From assembly GCF_964355755.1 (NCBI RefSeq), contig NC_092671.1, positions 15,314,001-15,378,000 on the forward strand: 64,000 nucleotides of DNA. The letters run 5' to 3'. Origin of the DNA: Antedon mediterranea (lineage: Eukaryota > Animalia > Echinodermata). Position 1 is the first letter of the stretch, and each line of letters opens with the position of its first letter. Below are positions 38,818 to 52,244 of the stretch, one piece after another. The position numbers were made by a program, and so were the translations under genes. Under the pieces are notes generated by a model, which was given only the letters and a program-made list of their open reading frames with translations, had not been told where the DNA came from and did not search any database.

Positions 38818-41537
38818 GAGTTGTATCAAGACTTGAAAGAATTAATGGTGAAGATTTTACTTAGGCTATTTTATATTCACACTTATTTGAAACTCATAAT
38901 CTACAATAATTACACTCTTTTTATAATAATATTGTTTTGTATATGTTTTTAACTTAATATCATTTATATTAAATCAGTATATACTTGTATAATACAAAGA
39001 TTTGAATGTGAAAAAAATAGTACCGTATTTATTCGAATAAATTGAATAAATGCAACCCAACCCCTCTAATTAGGGCGACAATTACACAAACTAATTTTTA
39101 CTCTATTTAACACGTCGTGATGTAATTGTATTGTAGTTTTCATATTGAAGAGGTTCCGAGATATCTATTGAACCATTTTACACCAAAAAAAAAAATAAAA
39201 AGTGCATTAAGCTTATTCAATCGGTTTCCCTAAATTTTGTCGAAGAACCCCATTATCCACGCCATCAATGTGTCAAAAGCTAGTAATTTGATTAAATGTT
39301 CTCAGTTGTGTTTTATGTCGCACATTTAATAATTCCACATCTCGTACGTTTTACTATTACTTTAACAATGAAACGTTTATTATTAAAGGTAGGCCTACCT
39401 TAGTTTCTCGTGTTATTAATTCTGTTTGCACTTATTAAATCTATCTTTTTATATTAATTATTGTTAAAGTTAAGTCGCATTTTAAATATACTTATGTATT
39501 TACTCCAGTATTTGTCACAGTGTTAAATTTTTATTATTTAATAACGCATTTACTAGATAGCATTTACAGATTATTATTGCAATTTTAAATATGTTTATAT
39601 TGGTTTGTACATGGAGGTCCTCCATGGTTTGTATAACACTACTTCCTAAAAACATACGTTCTCTGTCTAACAATTTTTAAAAGCAATGCAATCGTATCCG
39701 ATTTAGATTGACAACTTAGCAGTTGTAAATATTCAGTTTTGCAATTAGCATTAAGTTATAAAATTTCTTTTTTCTTTTAAACTTTTGTTCGATAATTTGT
39801 ATTTTTTCTCCACATAGAATATAAATCACTTTGCCTTCAACAAACATGTGTATTAAGTTTGTTCTTTTTCAAAAAAAAATTCACAAATTGATATTTTATT
39901 GAGTTTCAACCTATACCTAAAAAAACATTAGATTTCAGTATGTTTTGTGTGTTTTTTTTTACAAATTAAATTTAGGTAGATGTTGATAATACATTTGATA
40001 TCTTGAATCAAGTTTGTATACCTCAAAAACATTATATTTAATGCCTTTCCTCTGGTCAAGAGACGAGATAAGCCCTTGACCAATGTTAGGACCAATCAAG
40101 GTGCTTTAAACAGTCCTGGCTTTGTTTGTATCAAACCTGTTAGTGGCGGTAATTATCGCTGTTGGTTTTTATTTTAATAAAATAAAAAATAAAAAAATAA
40201 AAAAGGAATTATGTTACAGATTTTCAGTTGTGTTCTCATGTATTATTTAAAACATGAAAAATGTTATTTATTTACTACACTATGTTATTTAAATTTAGTT
40301 TGTTGTAGTTAAACAAACATGGCTAGATGTTGATAATACATCTGATATCTTGAATCGAGTTTGTACCTCGAAAACAAAATGAAATTTAGTACTAAAAAGA
40401 TGTTACAGACTTGAGTTGTGTTCTCATGTTCTCTCAATATGATTAGGCCTAAGGTTAATAAAGATTTACAAGTTAATGAAACATGTTTGTGTTTTCACTT
40501 CCTGTCATCATTTTTGTCAGACTATTATATATATATATATATTTCAACGGAGAAAAACATTCATTAACTCATTAATCAGGGGAAACAACATTACGTTTAA
40601 TTGTTAAACAACTTAATCAAAATTAAGCTGTCGCTGCAAAAGACTTAAAATGAATCCTCTCTAAAACGCACACTGCTGGAATTAAGAATTTAACTTATTT
40701 AATAAATGTTTATATATTTTTCTTTTTTATTTTAACCTTGATTTTAATTTGTATTACAATACTTGTCTAGTCTAGTGGTGAATTGGGCATTACACCAGAA
40801 GGCTAGCTATACTCTTTCTTTCAAATTGATTTTTTAATGAAACAAGTACTTTGAACAAATTCATGCGTGAGCACATAGGCATCATTTTCTCTCTATTTGC
40901 ATTCAAATAAATTACAGTTATTCGTTTAGTGAACAAATAAATTCAAGAATCAACATTAAAATAACGTCAAATGATATGAGTTATGAGGTTCCATTTTTCA
41001 TGAATTTTACGCGCGAGAGTACCCATTTCCGGCCATCTAGCTAGGGGTGTCATGGGAGTAAATTAGCTTCGTCACAGGCCCCACCATGGTTCCAATACTT
41101 CTTATCATTTTATCAGAACTAAACTTACCCACCCACCCACAATGATCATCTCAGGCATTACAAATTTCTTAGTAGGCCTTCTAGCTGTTATATGGCCACC
41201 GAATAACAAAGTTTAATAAATAATAGACTATTTAATTAATTTTCAGTGGATTATTTGTTGGGTACTTGGGGGTATAGGCCTACTATAAAACAAAAAAACA
41301 CCTCTGACGTATTTAGCTTTGCTTTTTGCTTCTCAGTTTGAAATGAACATGTCATAGGGGAAAACTTTACCTTTGCTCCCCCCCCCCCCACATCTCCCTA
41401 TTTCAAAATCCTGGATCCGCCCCTGATTTTGGTGCCGAATACTCGTCAGATCCTGACAACCAAACCAAGGCTCACGTGTAATAACGCAGTGCTATCTACT
41501 TCAATATATCATTAATATAGAGGGCGACATAACAAAA

Positions 41538-41695
41538 AATTTGTTTTCGGTAATTAGATTTGTTTTAGTTTGTTTTCGGTTTGTTTTCGGTTGTTTAGGG
41601 TTGTTTCCGGTTGTTTTCGGTTGTTTTCGGTTATTTTCGGTTGTTTTCGGTTGTTTTCGGTTGTTTTCGGTTGTTTTCGGTAATTAGACTGACCC
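41538..41695 (-). repeat. Right TIR of the 18-kb element
   Basis: (TTGTTTTCGG)n followed by TAATTAGACTGACCC. Confidence 0.95.
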
Positions 41696-42916
41696 CGTGC
41701 ATCGCGTGCGATTAAAATAAAAAGAACTTTACAAATCGAAACGGTATTGCCAGACAACCATCTAAAAAAAGAAATACAATTTGAAAGCAAATATGATTAA
41801 TTTATTTATTACGATTATTATTTAATGATATAGTCATAAGAAATAAACAGATTATACCTAGTATAACCATGTTTATATAGGCTATACTATATTCTTAATT
41901 ATATTGTTGTTAATAAATAGAATTATAAAATATCCTGGCAAAATGTTCATGGAGGCTGACATATTGGATACCCCATGCCGCTTGCCGACCACGTTCCTTT
42001 TGAAAAGGAAGGAAGGCCAGGTAATAGTGTAATGGGCCTAGGCCTAAATTTGTTGACAAATGATAATAGGCTAAGTTAGTACGGATTTTAGTACATTACT
42101 TTAGTAGGGAATGTAGCCTAGCTAGGCCTAGGTCTAGCTAGGCTAGGCGTTTAATTATCTGTATGATATGAATATGTTTTTAATTTTATGTGTCATGTCA
42201 GACTTTGTTTTTTTTAGTCCTCTAGTAGTAGTTAGTACTACTACTAGGCCTACTACTACTAGGTAACATATAGAAGCTAGCTAAGCTAGACTATGGAATC
42301 CGATGCCTCTACTGGATCCTCTACTACCGTAGCTACTAGTACTAGGCCTAGGCCTATACTTTAGCCCCACTGCACTGGGCAAACAAGACATTTGACAATT
42401 GCATCAAAATATCTAGGCCAATGTTATTAGCCTAGGCCTAGGCCTATGCGCAATTTGTTTGAAATTGCACAAGGATATCCTTGGGCAATTTTTTGAACAC
42501 AAAGTAACACAAAGTCATCAGCTAAACTTGATCTGGTTGCACTAGGCAACTTTAGCTCATCATATAACACCCATCCATGCGGCGGTGAGAGAATCGCATC
42601 TTCCTAATTGTGCCGTCTAATTTATCTTCTCTTCTCTATTATAAAAACATAGGCCTAAATCTTTTTATTTATTTATGAAATTGTATTCTGTTAATTTATT
42701 TCAATAATATTATTATATTACATTTATTTATCAATTTAGGATATAAAGGTTTGCTGGGCGTACCTATCCACAGAGTTTAATTAATTTAATTGTTATATTA
42801 GATAAATTTTGTAGCACAATCCTCTATTAGAAATAATGGTTTATTATTATTTTACAGGAAAAAGGTGATCATGGTCTTACTGTAATTACAGAGTACACTG
42901 GTAAAGCATTAAAAAA

Positions 42917-45900
42917 ATGTTGTTTTGTAACAGGGCACGACCGTTTTGCCCTCCGTGGGGCTTTTTTTCACCAGAATCAACATTGTCACTTTTGAACAAG
43001 AAGAAGAATCTACTGTCTCAGAAATTAGCAAGTCAACTGCAGACTCGAAAGTATTACCAACAAAGATTGAAATCAGCTTTGAATACGTCATCAAGGAGGT
43101 CACTCAACTTTGCAAACAATCAATCAAGACATTTTATTCCTTGGAGAATCTTCTCTTTTTCAGATGCTGTGTCTGTAAAAGATGAAATTATTGCCGGGAA
43201 CACATTTGAAGACATTTTAAATGTTGTAGAGAAAAGAAGATCTTTGATGAACCCAATGCTAATCTCCGAAGCATTTATAAAACTCAGCAAGATAGTAGAA
43301 AACAATGACAACATTAAAGTTGATAATTTGTTTGAAGAAAATAAGAGTTTTGCAGATCTTTGCATTTTAGCAGAAAATCTTGTTTCAGAAACCAGCAATG
43401 ATGAGCTAATAGTTATCTTACACAGTCTGTATATAATATGTAGAGATGAGTGTTTGAGTCTATCAAATGTTGTTCAATCCGAGTGTCATAACCGTTTACA
43501 TTTGTTCAACCATAGTCAGTTGTCTTATGTAGCTAATTGGTTTCATAAGAGAAAACAGATTAAGAATCACACTTTGGGGCAGATTGCTGCAATTTACCAG
43601 AAAGAATTGTACCAGATAAATGATTTGGAAACCTTTGCACGATTGATGGTAGCTGTTATGCCAATATGTAGCCAAGAATTTGGTGAAGAGTCTTTGAAAC
43701 AAGCATTATGCCTCATAGAAACGTCAGATCCTGAGTTGGTTTCTGCTCAAACTGTTAAGCTCATTCTGCAAACACTAGTAGGCATGAAGAATTGCCATAC
43801 AGCGATTTTAAAGCATTGTGTTAACATACTTTTGCCACGGTTGATGAATTTGTCATTAAGTGATCTTGGCTCTATTCACCAGAATTTGTATTTCCTTGGA
43901 TTCAGTCACAAACAAATTAATTCATCTATACGTGCACGGTTTTTGAAAGAGCTTCCAGAAATTAAAGAAATCAAGGATATTATATGCGCAATGCAAGTTT
44001 TAGGACCAAGCCTATCTTCATTTGTTAGACATCGATTGGAACAAAAGCTTCTTGCAAATTCCCAAGATATATCTATAGAGTTCATACAAGGGGTTTGTAA
44101 TGGACTGCGTTTAATGAAGTACAATTTGGAATCGCCCATTATGAGAAAAATTACCAATATGATTATAGAATTCTCATCTGACCTCACAATATATGACCTA
44201 GTACGTGTATGCGAGTGCCTTAAGAATGTTGACATCTCACCCAAAGACAAAATATTTGACATTTTAACAAAAAGACTTTTGGAAATCTTAGAAACTGCCA
44301 TTACACCTGGACGAGTAAAAAATGTAGCATATTGTTTATCCCTCTTGCCGAGTGAGTCTCTAGATATAATGGTTATAGAACGACTAGAAAATATGTGGTC
44401 TTCTTTTCATCCTGGAGATATCCATCAAATTAAAAAAATATTAAATATTTTTTTGGAAAGAACATTTTTAAGTGGTTATGTAAAGAGTAGGTTACAGGCA
44501 TTTGTTTCAAAGGTTCACAGTTACTCTGAAGTGAACATCTGTAATTTTAAAAGCATAGTTTATCTGAACCAGCACCTTGACTATTTAATGAGATCAGGAG
44601 CTGAAAAAGACATTCTAGTGTACGCCATGGATCAGTACAGTAACTGTTTATATGGCTTGAGTCCAAAGATGGCAGTTCAGAGTATCAACAGGGTTGGAAA
44701 ATCGGGATATCTGCAGAAGGATGTCTTGGACAGAGCTGCTGAGGTCATTTCAGATAATCTGGAATGTATTTCGTTGAATCATATTTTAAACCTGTTAATA
44801 CCTTACTGTGTGTTTGACTACTTTCCTGCTTCTGTGCCCAAATTCGTTGACACTTGTGCTGAAATGATTCTACCATTTTTGGAAGTGCTATCATTAAATC
44901 ATCTTCTTCATCTTGCATACTTGCTGAGTTTAAATGGCAGTTTTCCAGAGCCTCTCATTAGAACAATTTTCAGTGTGGAATTTCTACTGAAGTTTGATAG
45001 ACAACAAATCAATTGTAGTAAGTCTTTATATTTAGTGTTAAAAAAAATCATAATGTTCCTAATTATGCTGGTGACTGGTTAACTTTTCCACACAAGGCCT
45101 TCCAACAAAACAGCATCCAACTAAAACAAGCCTTATAGGAAAGAACTGTTTTATGTTTTCCCATCCACACCAGGTGTCATTCTGCTTCAAAAATTAGACA
45201 TCCTGTCTAGTATAACTTGATGAAATGTTTGCCTATGAATTAACAGTGTAATAAATACTGAAAGTGTTTACTGTTATTTTATTTATGTATACTTTAGTTT
45301 CACCTAAGACGAAAGAGATCAACCTACATAGACTGTTTTTGGTGAATAGGTCAGTAGTACTGCAGTGCCCACAATACAACATTCCTTGGTTTCATCATGA
45401 TTATTCTGAAACATTTAGTCATCAAGGTAAGTATAGAAATTTATAAACCACCCACAAACTTTTAAACCACCCACTCCCTTCAAGTCATGTTCACACCGAG
45501 CCAAGTTTGTAAACCACTAACACCCTTTAAACCATGTTCACACCTAGCCAAGTTTGTAAACCACCCACTTTTATTTCTTCATCAATAAAATGTTCGTTTA
45601 CAATGCATTGTACTTGATTAATGTAATATTACAATACAATACAACTGACATTAAATAACTTTCAATACATCTTATATCTCCCCCTTTAAGCCATGTTCAC
45701 ATCTAGCCAAGAGTGTAAACCACCCACACCTAGCCCACCAATCTGAATTCATACCAAGCCAAACTAACTTGATGAAATGTTTCTATTTAAGAACACTTTA
45801 TAACCATTTTACATGAATTTTATCACAAGATCCTGCTTTATAGGTGCTTTTTTTATCTTAATATTATTCTCTGTAATTTTTTTTCAGTTTAGTTAATTAA

Positions 45901-48547
45901 AAATCCCCATATTTTTTAAGTCTGGAATTGATAAAATTCTGTTATTAAAGAAGTTGCCAAAATCAAATGTTGTTTCAGGTAAAAAAGATCGAATGATGCA
46001 TCCAACGATACAGGAGATGAAATATTATCTGACAGAACTTTGCGGAGGCCCATCCTATCTACGGACAAATGTTCTAACACCTTACCATTATTGTATACGT
46101 AAGTAGACATCTTAATTGGGGGCCAAAATTGACTACTTATTGATGAAGAATCTGTATTGGTTTCCCCCATTGCTTGGACTGACGTACAAACGTGCAGGAC
46201 TAGCAATGGAATGACCCATCAACCATGTAAAAAAAAAAAAATCCAAATCAAGTGAAGACATTTAACTTTAAACATTATTCTTTCCAACACGATAAAAAGA
46301 AAAAGAGACGAGGAATAAAAGAAAAAAAGATAAGGAATGAAAGAAAAAAAGATAAGGAATGAAAGAAAAAGAGATGAGGAATGAAAGAAAAAAAGATGAG
46401 GAATGAAAGAAAAAAAGATAAGGAATGAAGGAAAAAAAGATGAGGAATGAAGGAAAAAAGGATGAGGAATGAAAGAAAAAGAGATGAGGAATGAAAGAAA
46501 AAGAGATGAGGAATGAAAGAAAAAAAGATAAGGAATGAAAGAAAAAAAGATAAGGAATGAAAGAAAAAAAGATGAGGAATGAAAGAAAAAAAGATAAGGA
46601 ATGAAGGAAAAAAAGATGAGGAATGAAAGAAAAAAAGATGAGGAATGAAAGAAAAAAAGATGAGGAATGAAAGAAAAAAAGATAAGGAATGAAGGAAAAA
46701 GAGATGAGGAATGAAAGAAAAAAAGATGAGGAATGAAAGAAAAAAAGATGAGGAATGAAAGAAAAAAAGATGAGGAATGAAGGAAAAAAAGATGAGGAAT
46801 GAAAGAAAAAAAGATAAGGAATGAAGGAAAAAAAGATGAGGAATGAAAGAAAAAAAGATGAGGAATGAAAGAAAAAAAGTAGTAAGTAAACTTGAGACAA
46901 GGAATGACATAGAAGAAAAGGGCTTGCCATCCTTGTGTTCAATAAATCATGACATACATCATAAGAAGATGCTACTTACACTTAAACTGTGCTTTAATAC
47001 CTTTGTCACCAGCAACCATCCAACCTTTAATTGGCGAGTTGCTCGCTGTTGGATGCATATAAAAAAAATAATAGTGAACTTTGTACTCTGACTCACAATG
47101 GAAGATGAAATTGATATATTTCACAGAAAGTTGCATTTTAGGCATTAGTTGATACCTTCTTTGTCTAGATTCTGATATCCCAGAACAATGAGCACTATCG
47201 GAACTCAAGAGACTAGTGGGACGGCCCAGAACCACCTGGATAAAAACTAGAGGATGATACAAAAAGAAAAATAAGTCTATGCATGCTGTGGCCAATAATC
47301 GCTCTGATTGGAGAAGACTTGTTAAGTGCGCTATGATGGAAGATGTTTGTGATGATGATGTACTCTAATTAAATTATTGGATGCAACCTGAAGTTATTCA
47401 CAGCTATACATACGTTGTTAAAGCCTGATCTAATTCTTTCTTTCTATTTGCTGAGGAAAATTATTATAAAAAAAAACAAAATCTGCTTTATGATTTATTT
47501 ATTTCTTATTGACATTTCTATATTTAAACTTGTATTGTACAATTACAATATTTCACATTCCAAAATATATTCTTTCAGATTTTGAATGTTTGCTAGATAC
47601 AGATGGTAGAATACTACACAGTGCTGACTATGGCAGTATACTGAATAAAAGCAACAATGTAACGATTGGAACATCCCATTCTCCAAAATGGGGGGTTAGT
47701 GTTAAACAATTGCCACAAGGTGCACAAAGGCAAGTGAAAATTTGTTTAAAAATAATCTCCAGTTGCATGCCTTACACTTTAAACACATAATTGATTTCTT
47801 GTTTTTCTGTTCAGGGTTGCTATTGACTTCTTGTTCCCCAGTCAGTTCTGTTTGAAGTCTCAACATCGTAAAGCTAACTCTACTGTCAAAAAACACAATC
47901 TAGAGTTACTTGGTTATAAAGTTATTCAGGTAAGATACTCCATACAGTCCTCCCTACACACAGAACAGATTGTAGTGTTTATGTATTATTGTTTCTGTAG
48001 TATGTGTGCACGCGACATTTCTGCTGAATGTATTCAAGTTTGGGGATAGGCTGTCCAGATTATAAACGGTTCTGAAATTCTCGTCTTTATTTGGAATATA
48101 TAATAATAAAAGCATGCGAGTTATAGCACACATACATTACACAGATTAAAGGTTGTACAGTAATTGTACAGTGTACTGTTTTATTAATAATAATAATACT
48201 GCTTTTTTGCATTATGAAGAAAAAACATCAAAGTAAAAGAAATGAAAAGTTTGAGTGAGTTTTTAAAGCTCCCTTTTCCCTAAATTGTTTTTTCTGTTAA
48301 TTAATAGATTCCCTTTTATGAGTGGAATTCAAAGGAATTGTTTGAAGTTGAAGATCGATTAAGCTATTTACAGCAACTTCTGTTCTCCGACTGTAAACCT
48401 GTGGTCAAAGATCGCATGGATGCTGAGATACAGCAAGGAGGAGGCGAGGAAGAGGATTTAAGTGTACCACACCAGTCACTATCTACAGATGCTTTAAATG
48501 ATGTTCGAGTGTTGAAAGTTCTTAATAATATTGATAAATGGTCATGA
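42917..48547 (+). CDS. FASTKD1: FASTKD1-like paralogue B (~951 aa); exons 42917-45017, 45298-45426, 45979-46098, 47579-47729, 47815-47929, 48308-48547
   Basis: Same exon number and phases as paralogue A. Motifs VNRSVVLQCPQYNIPWFH, VLTPYHYCIHFECLLD and QGAQRVAIDFL..LELLGYKVIQIPFYEW. One GC-AG intron is needed. Probable 5' exon ends at 42020 (CAG|GTAATA). Confidence 0.9.
46295..46880. repeat. 22-bp purine-rich minisatellite (GATGAGGAATGAAAGAAAAAAA), ~26 copies, intronic
   Basis: Direct reading. Confidence 0.95.
47200..47362 (+). mobile_element. RTE-like LINE 3' remnant
   Basis: GRPRTTW...VANNRSDWRRLV followed by a (GAT)n tail. Confidence 0.5.
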
Positions 48548-49071
48548 GAGATCACTCTGGATTGAACAATAGCCTATTTGACTTATACTCTTTCTACACT
48601 CAAATATGGTAGTGATATGCTTAAATATGACAGTGATATGACATCATCATGTTCATTATGGGCAAACCACATTTGTTGTCACATAGAGTTTGATAGTGTA
48701 GACAGAGCTTGAGAGGCCAATAGAAGCATGGTTTTTAGAAATTGATGTAAAAATATATTATAAGTAGAATGTGTTGGTACAATAATATAATTTATAAAGG
48801 ATGTTCTTATTTCAACACAATTTAAAATTATAACATCATATTGTATGCAATTTAAATAACTTCTAAATGCAATATTGAAATTTATTTTTAAAAAGGTATG
48901 GATTGAAACAATCCATTTTCTATTGTAAAATAAACAATCAAATAATTGGTAAATGTTTGAATTTACTTTATTATGTGATAGATGGATATGAGCTACAGTG
49001 ATGAACTTGTTATGCTAACCATCTTTGTGAACATCAGACTACGACGAATTTCGGTCATTACCTTTGACGTA

Positions 49072-49238
49072 CAGTCAACTCTCCCAATTCCGGACACCTT
49101 ACTTTGAGCTGCCCAAACATGTCAGTTTTTCCAGAAAGTTTGGTGTTTTTAATGGTAAAAATGAATTTGGGATGGATTAGATTGTTTTGACTCAAAGAAT
49201 ATTTGTTGAGTTTTCGTTTTCATTGGGAGAGTGGACTT
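49072..49238. mobile_element. pogo/Tigger-like MITE
   Basis: TA-CAGTCAACTCTCCCAAT ... ATTGGGAGAGTGGACTT-TA. Confidence 0.65.
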
Positions 49239-50019
49239 TATTTTTCTTGGCATCATGCCTGGCAGCCGCCAATGCTGTGTTGTCGACTTCATCATGCGAT
49301 ATCCATGTTTTTAGAAATGTTACTTACTATATGATGGGGTAGTCTGACAGATCTGATCAATTAAAGCATGCTTCCATTTTTGCTGCAGATTTACCAAAAC
49401 CCCTTGAGTACATCCAAGTGTAGCAATATGTAAGTAATAATATCAAAGGTAGTCTTCACATTAACAAATATCCAACAAGCCTTCAATTTATTTTTCTCAA
49501 GTATTTATTTGTTATCAACACTCTTATTATAGAACGGTGTACATTGTGGAATAGCGTTAATTATTGTCCCAGGTGATACTATGGCTAACCACATATTACA
49601 AAGGTGAAAACAAACCAAACTTTATAACACACAGGACTGTTTGGTCTATCAAATTATAGTATTTGCAATACTTATGATGGAAGAGTTTACAAATTGTGAG
49701 TTGTTTGAATAGAGTTGTATGCAAATATCAAAGTGATTTTTTGCAAGCATGGTTCAGAGACATTTGATTCACCAGGAATTTCCGACAATTACAATTCATA
49801 ATAATTAGTTTCACAATCATTGTGAAAAATTTCAATTGTATAAAGAGATTTATTATTGTCTATAATAAGTATTTTATTTATAAGATACAACAGGATATTA
49901 ATTCAAATTCTTTCCATAAATCTATTATCTGCATTTTAAACTGGCATTCTCGTGGAGATTGCAGCTCTAATGAAAACAGCCTTAACACTCTGGTATATTT
50001 CAAACTATTTATACACAAT

Positions 50020-51425
<1,406 letters not shown>

Positions 51426-51654
51426 GGTGAATTTGAAGGTGAATTTGGCACACTTGACCTGAAAAATGCAAATCAAAATGGCGAAGCCGGTTATTCTTCA
51501 CGCATATAAAAATGCAATAAAACAACCTACAATTAAGCTTAAAAAAGAAATATTATCACTTGCAATCAATAAAACTACATATATATAAAAGCTTGCAAAT
51601 ACTATTGAAAGCTGATGGTTGAGAGTTCGCGAATAAATGAAAGGATTATCATAC

Positions 51655-52244
51655 CTACACAGAATCAGACAATTAATGATCGCCGGTTACCGTACTAAGG
51701 AGTATTCGCACACTGCGCATGCCCGCAGCCAAACCGATTTGGAATACATTGAGTAGTGATATTAAAATGTTTGTAATAAACTATCTGCTTATAAATATTT
51801 ATTAAAAAAATAAAATTCTTTTGAAATAAATTATTAAAAATAATATAATACTAGTAAGTATATATAATTGTGTATTGTACTACACATTAGGAAAACATTA
51901 TTGTGCATAACATGGACATGGCTGGTCATCGAATCTAATAATTCTTTCTTTATAAAAATACTACTATTGATTCAATAGAATTATTTCAATTAATAAATGT
52001 AATTTATTAGCAGTGAAATTAGTTAATAGTATTTGAAAAATTTGAACAGAATAATGTGAGAATAATCAATTCTTTTTATCACGTGAAATTTATCGGATTT
52101 TTAGTGACCTGGAAATAATTCCTAGAGAGGCTATTAATATTCATTTTTGTTTTGCATATGTAAATATATGTTAATTAAAGGAAGAACAAAAGTCATTCTG
52201 GTGTTTTTGTCCACTGTGTGTGATGATCGAGATGTAAATTTAGT
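51655..52244. promoter_or_regulatory. Divergent ATP5MC/JAZF1 promoter with an NRF1-like site TGCGCATGCCCG (51714-51725)
   Basis: Head-to-head genes; probable ATP5MC UTR-exon donor AG|GTATGA at 51655; near match to the NRF1 consensus YGCGCAYGCGCR. Confidence 0.55.

Larger units (their letters stand above)
23683..41695 (+). mobile_element. Giant Mutator-like (MULE) DNA transposon, 18,013 bp
   Basis: Left end CGGTCAGTCTAATTACCG(AAAACAACCG)n is the inverted match of right end (CGGTTGTTTT)nCGGTAATTAGACTGACCC. CGTGCATC is duplicated at 23675-23682 and 41696-41703. An internal MULE transposase gene is present. Confidence 0.85.

Noticed and set aside
46268-46942. 224-aa and 211-aa Phe/Ser-rich ORFs
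   Set aside because: They are translations of the 22-bp minisatellite.
17070-48547. Idea that the transposon created the inverted FASTKD1 duplication
   Set aside because: The paralogues are highly diverged while the TSD is perfect and the TIRs are close, so the insertion is much younger.
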